The notes under the pieces were generated by a model. That model saw only the letters and a list, made by a program, of their open reading frames with translations. It was not told the origin of the DNA and ran no database searches. The position numbers were made by a program, and so were the translations under genes. Shown here one piece after another: positions 20,048 through 29,047 of a DNA stretch of 64,000 nucleotides; the stretch's first letter is position 1, and each line of letters opens with the position of its first letter. This stretch comes from Alphaproteobacteria bacterium. Its GTDB lineage: Bacteria; Pseudomonadota; Alphaproteobacteria; CADEGL01. The stretch spans positions 38,323-102,322 of the forward strand of contig JBJXGH010000037.1 in assembly GCA_046153685.1 (NCBI GenBank). The letters are read 5' to 3'.

Positions 20048-20275
20048 TTATTTGCGCTCGTCGGCTTTCGTCGGCGGCCGCGTCTTCGGCTCGGCGCCAA
20101 GAATCGCGCGCCGCGCGACGATGAGCGTCGCCCACAGCGCGAGGGGCGCGAGAAAGACGAAGCGAAACAGTGGATGCGCGGCATCGCCTCGCGTCACCTC
20201 GACGACGTAGATTGCCCAGAGCGCGGTCAGCACCCAGCCCGCGCGATTCCAATTCGCCCGATCCCGCCAGTTCAT
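20048..20275 (-). CDS. Small two-TM hypothetical protein
   Basis: MNWRDRANWNRAGWVLTALWAIYVV...FVFLAPLALWATLIV; fills the gap before the tRNA. Confidence 0.6.
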   Translation of the reverse strand: MNWRDRANWNRAGWVLTALWAIYVVEVTRGDAAHPLFRFVFLAPLALWATLIVARRAILGAEPKTRPPTKADERK

Positions 20276-20366
20276 GCCCGCTATCTGCCCCCGGCGCGCG
20301 GCGTCTGGCAAGGGCGTGCGCGAAGGCGCGCCCCGCGACGCGGGCACGTGGTAATGTCCCGCCCGT

Positions 20367-20455
20367 GCGGGTGTGGCGGAATTGGCAGACGCGCGGGACT
20401 TAAAATCCCGTTCGCCTCGCGGCGAGTGTGGGTTCGATTCCCACCGCCCGCACCA
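20367..20455 (+). tRNA. tRNA-Leu (anticodon TAA)
   Basis: Acceptor GCGGGTG/CGCCCGC, D arm GCGGAATTGGCAGACGC, anticodon arm CGGGA-CTTAAAA-TCCCG, long variable arm, GTTCGATTC T loop, encoded CCA. Confidence 0.97.
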
Positions 20456-20516
20456 TCGGGGCCTCCGGCCAGGCGCCCCGTACTCCTGCCAGCCATGGGG
20501 CGCTTGGGCCGGTCGG

Positions 20517-21080
20517 TCAGGGAAGATTCGCCAGCCGGTTCCGGTTCTTCATGCGCAAGGCCAATCCCGCCAATAGGGCGCCGAACGCGATGGCGAAGAG
20601 ACCGAGCCACCAGGAAAACGCGACCGCCGCGATGCTTGGCCAGAGGATCAGCACGAGGCCGAACGCCATTGAGAGCGCACCGGGCAGGGCGGACAGCCAT
20701 TGCCTGGGCGTGTCGGCGAGAAAGGGCCGCGCCGCGAACAGCAGGAACCCGCCCGTCAGCAAGGCCCAGATGCCGATGAGGGTGATGATCGCCGCGATCG
20801 TTTGGTCCGGCCAGATGACGGCAAGCGCGGCGACGGCGATGGCGAGCGCGCCTTCGAGATAGAACGCCATCGCGCGGCCGCCGCGCCGGGCGATGCGCCG
20901 GCCGGCCAGGATGGCGAAGGTGCCGCCGAATGCCAGGCACAGGGCGAACACCGCCATGAGTGCGGCCAAGGTCATGTCCGGTAGAAATAGAGCGATAACG
21001 CCGAACAGAATGGCGAGCGCGCCGCAAAGAAGAAGCGCCTTCCAGCCATCGAACGCACGCGAAACGAAAGTCAAATACAC
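20517..21080 (-). CDS. HdeD/DUF308 family membrane protein
   Basis: Six hydrophobic helices with G-LAILFG--AL--P repeats; start uncertain (GTG 21080). Confidence 0.82.
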   Translation of the reverse strand: MYLTFVSRAFDGWKALLLCGALAILFGVIALFLPDMTLAALMAVFALCLAFGGTFAILAGRRIARRGGRAMAFYLEGALAIAVAALAVIWPDQTIAAIITLIGIWALLTGGFLLFAARPFLADTPRQWLSALPGALSMAFGLVLILWPSIAAVAFSWWLGLFAIAFGALLAGLALRMKNRNRLANLP

Positions 21081-21151
21081 CCTCGGATCCCTTTCGCGCG
21101 GCGCACCGATCGGCGCCGCGCCAAGCGTTTTTCGCTCAGTGCGCCATGAAC

Positions 21152-22009
21152 TCAGTGCGCCATGAACACCGGCATCTCGGTGTGCGCCAGGATGTGCGAG
21201 GTCGCGCCGCCGAAGATCATCTGGCGCAGCCGGCTTTGGGTATAGGCGCCCTTCACCATCATGTCCGCGCCGTGCTTGGCGGCCTCGGCCAACATGGCCT
21301 CGCCCGGATTGCGCCCGCCCGAGGCCGCCTCGACCGCCGTTGCGGGAACGCCGTTGCGCGAGAGATTGGCGGCGACTTCGGCACCCGATGGCCCTGGCAC
21401 CCACGCGCCCTCGACCGTCAGCACCGTTACCTTTTGTGCGCGCACAAGGAACGGCATGGCGAAGGCGATGGTGCGCGCGGTCTCGGTCGAGCCATTCCAC
21501 GCCACGGTGATGGTATTGCCGAGCGCCGCCGGACCCTTGGGCGGCGCGATCAGCAGCGGCCGTCCCGCCTCGAACAGCGCCGCCTCGAGCGTGCCCATGG
21601 CGGGTGTCGCCTGGCCCCGCACCGGCCGGCCGACCACGATCAAGTCGAATGCCCGGCCGCGGTGCGCGACCGCATCATCGCCCGGCGCCGAATCCTCGAC
21701 CCAGCCATGGCTGGGCTGGGTATCGGGCGAAGTACCCTTGGCCGCGCCGACGCCCTTGGCGCGCATGAATTCGTGGAACAGGCGCTTGGCGCGCTCGCTG
21801 CGCTCGCGGTCCTGCTTCTCGAAGCTTTCGACCAAGTCCGGCGTCGCCGCGACGAGACCCGCGGCCCCTGCCGCCACCACGCCCGGCAAGGCCGGGCGGA
21901 CGTGCAATCCCTCGATATAGGCGTTGAAGCGCCGCGCCGCGAGCAGGGCAGTCTCCAGCATCGACGGCAATACGGAGCTTTCCTCGACAGGGATCAGAAT
22001 GGTGCGCAT
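21152..22009 (-). CDS. Universal stress protein (two-domain)
   Basis: TILIPV, DLIVVGRP, VAWNGS-E-AR, KGAYTQSRLRQMIFGGAT. Confidence 0.93.
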   Translation of the reverse strand: MRTILIPVEESSVLPSMLETALLAARRFNAYIEGLHVRPALPGVVAAGAAGLVAATPDLVESFEKQDRERSERAKRLFHEFMRAKGVGAAKGTSPDTQPSHGWVEDSAPGDDAVAHRGRAFDLIVVGRPVRGQATPAMGTLEAALFEAGRPLLIAPPKGPAALGNTITVAWNGSTETARTIAFAMPFLVRAQKVTVLTVEGAWVPGPSGAEVAANLSRNGVPATAVEAASGGRNPGEAMLAEAAKHGADMMVKGAYTQSRLRQMIFGGATSHILAHTEMPVFMAH

Positions 22010-22119
22010 GGCTGCCTCCCATAATCTCGCTTCAGTCTGTATAGTAACCCGAAAGCGGCGGGGCGACAGCGCGAAAGCGATGGGCGCTCGATGATAAAGG
22101 GCCGCGCGGGGAGGCGGGC

Positions 22120-22953
22120 ATGGCGGGGCGCATGGTGGAGGCGCGCGGCGGGATGATGATGCCCGCGCTCGGCCTTGGCACCTGGAAAATGGGCCGTGAT
22201 TCGGCGCGGCGGAAGTCCGAGATTGCCGCCCTCCAGCTCGGCATCGATCTGGGGGTCGCCATGATCGACACGGCCGAAATGTACGACGACGCGGAAAGCG
22301 TCGTCGGCGAGGCGATCGCGGGGCGGCGCGAAGGCTTGTTCATCGTCAGCAAGGTTCTGCCCTCCAACGCCTCGCGCAAGGGCACCATCGAGGCGTGCGA
22401 GCGGAGCTTGCGCAAACTCAAGACCGATCGTCTCGACTTGTATCTCCTGCACTGGGAAGGCTCGTACCCGCTCGAAGAAACCTATGCTTCCTTCGCGGAG
22501 CTCTTGAGGGCGGGCAAGATCCGCCATTTTGGCGTATCCAATTTCGACGCCGGCAAGATGGCCGAAAGCGAAGGCGCGGCGGGCGGAACGCAGGTCGCGT
22601 CGAACCAGGTGATGTATTCGCTCGCCCGGCGCGGCATCGAGCGCAAGCTCATTCCCTGGTGTCGCGCGCGCAAGGTCTCGCTCATGGCGTACTCGCCGCT
22701 CGACCAGGGCGGCCTCAAGGCCAAGCCCGCTCTTGCCGCCATCGCGCGCCGCCACGGCGTCGCGCTGGAAACCGTGGCGATTGCCTGGACGATGCGCGAT
22801 CCCCTCGTGTGCTCGATTCCGAAGGCGAGCAATGCGGAGCATGTGCGCGCGAACGCCGCCGCGCGCGACCTCGTGCTCGCGCCCGAGGATTTGGCCGAAC
22901 TCGACCGTGCCTATCCCGCACCCGCGCGCGACGTGCCGCTCGACATGAGCTGA
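22120..22953 (+). CDS. Aldo/keto reductase
   Basis: LGLGTW, IDTAEMY, SKVLP, DLYLLHW, GVSNF, AYSPL, IPKAS. Confidence 0.93.
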   Translation: MAGRMVEARGGMMMPALGLGTWKMGRDSARRKSEIAALQLGIDLGVAMIDTAEMYDDAESVVGEAIAGRREGLFIVSKVLPSNASRKGTIEACERSLRKLKTDRLDLYLLHWEGSYPLEETYASFAELLRAGKIRHFGVSNFDAGKMAESEGAAGGTQVASNQVMYSLARRGIERKLIPWCRARKVSLMAYSPLDQGGLKAKPALAAIARRHGVALETVAIAWTMRDPLVCSIPKASNAEHVRANAAARDLVLAPEDLAELDRAYPAPARDVPLDMS

Positions 22954-22961
22954 GCCTGGCC

Positions 22962-25001
22962 ATGGCTGAATACGACTCGCTGCTTCGGCCGCTGACGATC
23001 AAGCACCTCACGATCCGCAACCGGATCATGAGCACGGGTCACGCGCCATCCTACGGCGATGACGGCATGCCGGGCCTGCGCTACCAGCTCTATCACGAGG
23101 AAAAAGCCAAGGGCGGCATCGGCCTCACCTGTTTCGGCGGCTCGACCGTGGTCTCGCCCGATTGTCCGGCGGTATTTGGCCAGCTCGACGCCTCCGAGGA
23201 TCGCATCGTGCCCTATTTCCGCGAGCTGTCCGAACGCGTGCACCGCCACGGCGCGGCGCTGTTCTGCCAGCTCACCCATATGGGCCGCCGCGCGCGCTGG
23301 GACGTGGGACCGTTCCTCGCCCCCACTTCGCCCTCGGCGGTGCGCGAGCCCGAGCACCGCACCTTCCCCAAGGTCATGGAGGACTGGGACATCGCGCGCG
23401 TCCTTCGCGATTTCGGCGCGGCGGCAAGACGGTGCCAGGACGGCGGGCTCGACGGCATCGAGCTGTCCTATTCCGCCTCGCATCTCATCGCCCAATTTTG
23501 GTCAAAGGGCACGAACGCGCGCACGGACGAGTACGGCGGCGGTCTGGCGAACCGCATGCGCTTCTCGCTCGAGGTGTTGGCGGAGGTGCGTCGGCAGGTG
23601 GGCGCGGATTTCATCGTCGGCGTGCGGTTTTCGGGCGACGAGCTGAAGCAGGACGGCATCGATCAGGACGAGGCCCTGGCGATCGCCAAGGTGTTGGCCA
23701 AATCGGGACTCGTCGATTTCATGAACGTGATGCACGGCCAGCCCACGGATTACCCCTCGCTCGCGACCTTGCAGCCGAACATGGCTTATCCGATGGCGCC
23801 GTTCCTATATCTGGCCAGCGCGATCAAGGCCGAGATCGATTTGCCGGTCATGCATGCCGGGCGCATCGTGGACATGGCGACCGCCGCGCGCGCGGTGAGC
23901 GAGGGCCATGTGGACATGGTCGCCATGACGCGCGCGCATTTGGCCGACCCGCACTTGGTGCGCAAGCTTGCGGCGGGCCTCGGCGAGGATATTCGCCAAT
24001 GCGTCGGCGCCAACTATTGCGTCGATCGCCTGTTGCTCGGCGGCGAGGCCTTGTGCGTGCAAAACCCCGCGACCGGGCGCGAGGCAACGATGCCGCACGT
24101 CGTGCCGCGCGGAAATGGGGGCAAGACCATCGTCGTCGTGGGCGCGGGGCCCGCGGGGCTGGAAGCCGCGCGGGTTTCGGCCGAGCGCGGGCACAAGGTC
24201 GTCTTGTTCGAGGCCGCAAGCGCCACGGGCGGACAAATCAAAATCGCGGCCAAGGCCCCGTGGCGCGAACAGCTCGCCGGCATTTCGCGTTGGCTCGATA
24301 TGCAGGTGCGCAAGCTCGGGGTCGATCTGCGGCTTTCGACCGAGGCAAACGCCGCGCGCGTGCTGGCCGAAATCCCCGATATCGTCGTTATCGCCACGGG
24401 CGGGGCACCCAGTCCCGGACGCTTCGAGGGCGCGGAACACGCCGTGTCCACCTGGGATATTCTTGAAGGCCGGGCGGCGCCTGCCGAAACCGTTCTGGTT
24501 TACGACGACCACGGCGGCCATCAGGCGGCGTCCGTTGCCGAATTCATGGCCAAGCGCGGCAGCAAGGTCGAATTGGCCGCGCCCGAGCGACAGATGATGA
24601 TTGAAATCGGCGCGACCAATTTTCCCGTCCATTTGCGCGAACTCTACAAGGCGCGCGTGGCGCTGACCCCCGATGTGCGTCTGCGCCGTCTCTACCGCGA
24701 AGGCAATCGGCTGATCGCGGTGCTGCGCAACGAATATTCACGCGAGGAGGAAGAGCGCGAGATCGATCAGGTGGTGGCCGAGCACGGCACGCTGGCCCGC
24801 GAGGAGCTGTATTTCGCGCTCCGGCCGGACTCGATCAATTTGGGCGAGGTCGATCTGCCCGCGCTTATCGAGGGCCGCGCGCAGAATATCGTCAACAATC
24901 CCGCAGGCCGGTTCCGGCTATTCCGCGCCGGCGATTGCGTGGCATCGCGCAATATTCATGCGGCGATTTACGACTCGCTGCGGCTGTGCAAGGAGTTTTG
25001 A
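22962..25001 (+). CDS. NADH:flavin oxidoreductase, StcD (N-methylproline demethylase)-like, paralogue 1
   Basis: HLTIRNRI, E-AKGG-GL, QLTHMGRR-RWD, HR-FPK-MEDWDI, CVGANYC, NPATGRE, GAGPAG, SRNIHAAIYD. Confidence 0.88.
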   Translation: MAEYDSLLRPLTIKHLTIRNRIMSTGHAPSYGDDGMPGLRYQLYHEEKAKGGIGLTCFGGSTVVSPDCPAVFGQLDASEDRIVPYFRELSERVHRHGAALFCQLTHMGRRARWDVGPFLAPTSPSAVREPEHRTFPKVMEDWDIARVLRDFGAAARRCQDGGLDGIELSYSASHLIAQFWSKGTNARTDEYGGGLANRMRFSLEVLAEVRRQVGADFIVGVRFSGDELKQDGIDQDEALAIAKVLAKSGLVDFMNVMHGQPTDYPSLATLQPNMAYPMAPFLYLASAIKAEIDLPVMHAGRIVDMATAARAVSEGHVDMVAMTRAHLADPHLVRKLAAGLGEDIRQCVGANYCVDRLLLGGEALCVQNPATGREATMPHVVPRGNGGKTIVVVGAGPAGLEAARVSAERGHKVVLFEAASATGGQIKIAAKAPWREQLAGISRWLDMQVRKLGVDLRLSTEANAARVLAEIPDIVVIATGGAPSPGRFEGAEHAVSTWDILEGRAAPAETVLVYDDHGGHQAASVAEFMAKRGSKVELAAPERQMMIEIGATNFPVHLRELYKARVALTPDVRLRRLYREGNRLIAVLRNEYSREEEEREIDQVVAEHGTLAREELYFALRPDSINLGEVDLPALIEGRAQNIVNNPAGRFRLFRAGDCVASRNIHAAIYDSLRLCKEF

Positions 25002-25003
25002 GC

Positions 25004-27043
25004 ATGGCCGCGACGGATGTTCTGCTGAAGCCGTTCAGGATCAAGCATCTCACGCTCCGCAACCGGATCATGAGCACGAGTCACGCGCCTGCCTATGCCA
25101 AGGACGCGCTGCCGCAGGAACGCTATCAACTCTATCACGCCGAGAAGGCCAAGGGCGGCATCGGCCTTACCATGTTCGGCGGCTCCTCGGTCGTGTCGCT
25201 CGATTGCCCCTCGACCTTCGGCCAGCTTTCGGTCGCCCATGACGACATCGTGCCCTATTTTCGCGAATTCGCCGCGCGCGTCCACGCGCACGGCGGCGCG
25301 CTGATGTGCCAGCTCTCGCACATGGGGCGGCGCACGCGCTGGGACGCCGGGAATTGGCTGCCGCCGGTTTCGCCCTCGGCCCTGCGCGAGCCCGAGCACC
25401 GTTCATTTCCCAAGGCGATGGAGGACTGGGACATCCGCCGCATCGTCAAGGATTTCGGCCAGGCCGCGCGGCGCTGCCGGGACGGCGGACTCGACGGCAT
25501 GGAGGTGTATTTCTCCGCTGCCCACCTGGCCGCGCAGTTCTTCTCGACCTGGACCAACACGCGCATCGATAATTATGGCGGCGGCATCGAGAACCGCATG
25601 CGCTTTGCGCTCGAAGTCCTGGCCGAGGTGCGCCGATGCGTGGGCGAGGACTTCATCGTCGGCGTGCGCGTGGTGGTGGACGAGCTCATCAAGGAAGGTC
25701 TCTCGCAGGAAGACGGCATCGAGATTTGCCGGCGCCTGGCCAAATCCGGCATGGCGGATTTCATGAACGTCATGCACGGCACGCCCGAGGATTACCGCAA
25801 TCTCGCCATCGTCATTCCCAATATGTCCTTCCCCGCGGCGCAGTACCTGTACCTCGCCAGTCTCATCAAGGCGGAAATCGACATCCCCGTGTTCCACGCC
25901 GGGCGCATCGCCGATCTCGAAACCGCCGCGCGCGCGATCGAAGACGGCCATCTCGACATGGTGGCGATGACGCGCGCCCATTTGGCCGATCCGCATATCG
26001 TGCGGAAATTGCGCGAGGGCCGGGCCGACGACGTGCGCCAGTGCGTGGGCGCGAACTACTGCATCGACCGCATCTACACGGGCGGCGAGGCCTTGTGCAT
26101 CCAGAACCCGGCCACGGGGCGCGAGGCGACCATGCCGCACGTCGTGCCCAAGGCCGCGCGGGCGAAAACCGTGGTCGTCGTGGGCGCGGGTGTCGCCGGG
26201 CTCGAGGCCGCGCGCGTCTCGGCCGAGCGCGGGCACAAGGTCGTCTTGTTCGAGGCCGGCGCGCGCACGGGCGGTCAGGTCAATCTCGCGGCGCGCGCGA
26301 CCTGGCGCGAGGGCCTGGCGGGCATTCCGCGCTGGCTAGACCAGCAGGTGCGGAAACTGGGCGTCGATCTCCGGCTGGCGACGAAGGCTGGTGCCGAGAA
26401 CGTGCGGGCGCTGGCCCCCGACGAGGTGGTGATCGCCACGGGCGGCCGGCCGAACAAGGGCGCGTTCGCCGGCGCGGAGCTGGCGGTTTCGACCTGGGAC
26501 ATTCTCGCGGGCGCCGCCGAACCGGGGGGAACCGTGCTGCTCTACGATGATCACGGCGGCCATGCCGGGCCATCGGTCGCGGAAGTTCTGGCCAAGCGCG
26601 GCGCACGCGTGGAAATCGCCACGCCCGAACGCGCGGTGGGCGTCGAGTTCGGCGCGACCAATTTCCCCATCCATCTCCGCGAGCTGTACAAGATGGGCGT
26701 GGTGCTCTCGCCCGATCTGCGCCTGGTGCGTCTGGCGCGCGAGGATGGGCGCATCCTCGCGATCTTGCGCAACGAATATTCCGGCGAGGAGGAAGAGCGT
26801 CTGGTCGATCAGGTGGTGGCCGAGCACGGCACGCTGGCCGAGGACGAATTGTATTTGTCGCTGAAATCCGGCTCGACCAATAACGGCGAGGTTGATCTCC
26901 GCGCGCTCGCGCGCGCCGAGAAACAGAACGTCGTGCGCAACACGCAGGGCGCGTATCGTTTGTTCCGCGTCGGCGACTGCGTCGCCTCGCGCAATATCCA
27001 CGCGGCGATCTTCGACTCGCTGCGTCTCGCGAAGGATTTTTGA
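25004..27043 (+). CDS. NADH:flavin oxidoreductase, StcD-like, paralogue 2
   Basis: Same motif set as 22962..25001 and collinear with it along the full length. Confidence 0.88.
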   Translation: MAATDVLLKPFRIKHLTLRNRIMSTSHAPAYAKDALPQERYQLYHAEKAKGGIGLTMFGGSSVVSLDCPSTFGQLSVAHDDIVPYFREFAARVHAHGGALMCQLSHMGRRTRWDAGNWLPPVSPSALREPEHRSFPKAMEDWDIRRIVKDFGQAARRCRDGGLDGMEVYFSAAHLAAQFFSTWTNTRIDNYGGGIENRMRFALEVLAEVRRCVGEDFIVGVRVVVDELIKEGLSQEDGIEICRRLAKSGMADFMNVMHGTPEDYRNLAIVIPNMSFPAAQYLYLASLIKAEIDIPVFHAGRIADLETAARAIEDGHLDMVAMTRAHLADPHIVRKLREGRADDVRQCVGANYCIDRIYTGGEALCIQNPATGREATMPHVVPKAARAKTVVVVGAGVAGLEAARVSAERGHKVVLFEAGARTGGQVNLAARATWREGLAGIPRWLDQQVRKLGVDLRLATKAGAENVRALAPDEVVIATGGRPNKGAFAGAELAVSTWDILAGAAEPGGTVLLYDDHGGHAGPSVAEVLAKRGARVEIATPERAVGVEFGATNFPIHLRELYKMGVVLSPDLRLVRLAREDGRILAILRNEYSGEEEERLVDQVVAEHGTLAEDELYLSLKSGSTNNGEVDLRALARAEKQNVVRNTQGAYRLFRVGDCVASRNIHAAIFDSLRLAKDF

Positions 27044-27056
27044 GGAGGGGCCGAAC

Positions 27057-27980
27057 ATGGCCAAGGCGAAGTTCATCACGGTCGACGGTGTGCCGCGCGC
27101 GTACGAGCAGGCGGTCGTCCACGTCCATTCGGCGGCGGTCAAGTACGGCGCCTCGGTGTTCGAGGGCTTGCGTGCCTATTGGAACGCCGAGCGCGGCGAG
27201 CTCTATGTCTTCCGCCTGCGCGAACACATGGTACGCCTGGTTCAGTCGATGAAGATCATGCGCTTTCGCACCACTATAGGGGTGGACGAATTGTGCGAGC
27301 AATTGCTCGTCCACATGCGCGCCAACGGCCACAAGACCGATTGCCATATCCGCTTCAACGCCCTCGTCATGGGCGAGGGCGCCATGGACACCGCCGGCCC
27401 CATCCAATTCGCCTGCGTGAGCGAGGAACGCGCCGCCAAGCCCATCGCCGAGAAGGCCATCAAGGCTCAGGTCAGTTCCTGGCGGCGCATCGACGACACG
27501 ACCATGCCGCCGCGCGTGAAATCGGCGGCGAACTACAATAACGGCCGCTTCGGCACGCTTCAGGCCCGCGCCGACGGCTATTCCGAGCCGATATTCTTGA
27601 CTCAGCAGGGCAAGGTCGCCGAATCCGGCGGCGCCTGCCTGTTCATGGTGCGCGACGGCGTGCCCATTACGCCCTCGGTTACGGGCGGCATCCTCGAAAG
27701 CGTGACGCGCGCCTCGCTCATCGCGCTGTTCGAGAATAAGTTCGGCAAGGCCGTGGTCGAGCGCGATATCGACCGCACCGAGCTGTACGTCGCCGACGAA
27801 TTGTTCCTGTGCGGCACGGCCTACGAAATCACGCCCATCGTCGATGTCGATCGCTTGCCCATCGCCGACGGCCAGATCGGGGCCGCGACGAACGCGCTGT
27901 GGCGCGCCTACGAGGACGTTGCGCGCGGTCGCGACAACGCCTTCGCCGAGTGGCGCACGCCCATTTACGCCCAGCGCTAG
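27057..27980 (+). CDS. Class IV PLP aminotransferase (IlvE-like)
   Basis: YG-SVFEGLRAY, FRL-EH--RL, K-AANY, IL-SVTR, ADELFLCGTA-EITP; GAGGAGG RBS. Confidence 0.9.
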   Translation: MAKAKFITVDGVPRAYEQAVVHVHSAAVKYGASVFEGLRAYWNAERGELYVFRLREHMVRLVQSMKIMRFRTTIGVDELCEQLLVHMRANGHKTDCHIRFNALVMGEGAMDTAGPIQFACVSEERAAKPIAEKAIKAQVSSWRRIDDTTMPPRVKSAANYNNGRFGTLQARADGYSEPIFLTQQGKVAESGGACLFMVRDGVPITPSVTGGILESVTRASLIALFENKFGKAVVERDIDRTELYVADELFLCGTAYEITPIVDVDRLPIADGQIGAATNALWRAYEDVARGRDNAFAEWRTPIYAQR

Positions 27981-27985
27981 ACGCC

Positions 27986-28768
27986 GTGGCGACGCTCGGC
28001 TTCATCGGCGCGGGACACATCGCCGCCGCCATGGTCGAAGGCCTGCGGGCGGCGGACTCGCCCGAGGACATCGTGCTGTCCCCGCGCAATGCCGGCGTGG
28101 CGTCGATGCTGGCGGCGCGCTTTCCCCGCGTGACGGTGGCGGCGGACAATCAGGTGGTGGTCGAGTCCAGCGAAATCGTCTTTCTCGCCGTGCGCCCGGA
28201 TGTCGCGCCGGAGATCGTGCGGGCGCTGCGCTTTCAGAGCGAGCACATCGTGGTCTCGCTGGTGGCGCTGCGGCCCGAGGGGGAGATGCGCGCGCTCGTT
28301 TCCCCCGCCCGTCATCTGGTGCGCGCGGTACCCTTGCCCTCGAACGCGCGCCGCCTCGGCCCCATCGCGTATTTTCCCGAGAGTGCGCGCGTGCGGGCGA
28401 TCTTTGCGCGCATCGGCACGCCGGTGCTCGCCGCCGACGAACGCGCCTTCCATCGGTTGTGGTCGTTCACCGGATTGATCGCGCCCTATTACGCTCTGAT
28501 GGAATCGCTCGCGTCCTGGGCGGAGGAAGGCGGCGTCGCGCGCGAGGCGGCCCAAGGCTATGTGCGCGCGCTGTTCCAATGTCTTTCCGCCATGGCCCAG
28601 GACGGGAAGTTCGACGATCTTGCCCGCCAGGCCCAGACGCCCGGCGGGATCAACGAACAGGCGATCGCCCAATTGCGCGCTTCGGGCGCGTTCGGCCCCT
28701 GGCGCGAGGCGCTCGCGGCCGTGAACGCGCGCATGAATCGCGGGCTCGACGATAAGGCCGGCTGGTGA
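27986..28768 (+). CDS. Pyrroline-5-carboxylate reductase-like protein
   Basis: LGFIGAGHIA, LSPRN, FLAVRP, RAVP-P, TPGGINEQ. Confidence 0.85.
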   Translation: MATLGFIGAGHIAAAMVEGLRAADSPEDIVLSPRNAGVASMLAARFPRVTVAADNQVVVESSEIVFLAVRPDVAPEIVRALRFQSEHIVVSLVALRPEGEMRALVSPARHLVRAVPLPSNARRLGPIAYFPESARVRAIFARIGTPVLAADERAFHRLWSFTGLIAPYYALMESLASWAEEGGVAREAAQGYVRALFQCLSAMAQDGKFDDLARQAQTPGGINEQAIAQLRASGAFGPWREALAAVNARMNRGLDDKAGW

Positions 28769-28769
28769 A

Positions 28770-28896
28770 GCGCGGCGGGCTTGCGCGTTGGCGCGTGGTC
28801 TTGGCGCGTTGGCGTGGTGGGCTTGCGCGTTGGTGCATTGGGGTGGCGCGTTGGCGCGGTGGGCTTGCGCGTTGGAGCATGGGGGCAGACGCGTTC
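28770..28896 (+). repeat. Degenerate 21-bp tandem array with 42-bp higher-order period
   Basis: Core GCGCGTTGG recurs every 21 bp; GGGCTTGCGCGTTGG recurs every 42 bp (3 times). Confidence 0.85.
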
Positions 28897-28971
28897 GACC
28901 CCTGGCGCGAGGCGCTGGAGGCGGTGAACGCGCGCATGAATCGCGGCCTCGCCGATAAGACCGGCGAGTGA
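28891..28971 (+). repeat. Diverged copy of the last 81 nt of the ProC-like gene (28688..28768)
   Basis: 72/81 nt identical by manual alignment, ungapped, TGA retained. Confidence 0.9.
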
Positions 28972-29047
28972 GGCGCGGCACGCGCCCGCCTGGCCGCCTG
29001 GCCTCGGCGCGTTGGCGGATAGGGGCGGCGCGTGGCAAGGTGGCGCG

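Noticed and set aside
20367-20455. tRNA-Leu as the attachment site of a genomic island
   Set aside because: No integrase nearby and I found no second copy of the tRNA 3' end in the window
22395-22961. Apparent long N-terminal extensions or fusions in the ORF track (also purL, radC, the CaiB-family gene, the Sel1 gene)
   Set aside because: Extensions overlap upstream genes in another frame; internal starts match family N-termini, several with a clear RBS
28770-28896. CRISPR array
   Set aside because: Units are degenerate, with only a 21/42-bp period and no unique spacers; no cas genes seen
28688-28971. Diversity-generating retroelement TR/VR pair
   Set aside because: The nine mismatches are not confined to adenines in either copy, and no reverse transcriptase gene is in the window
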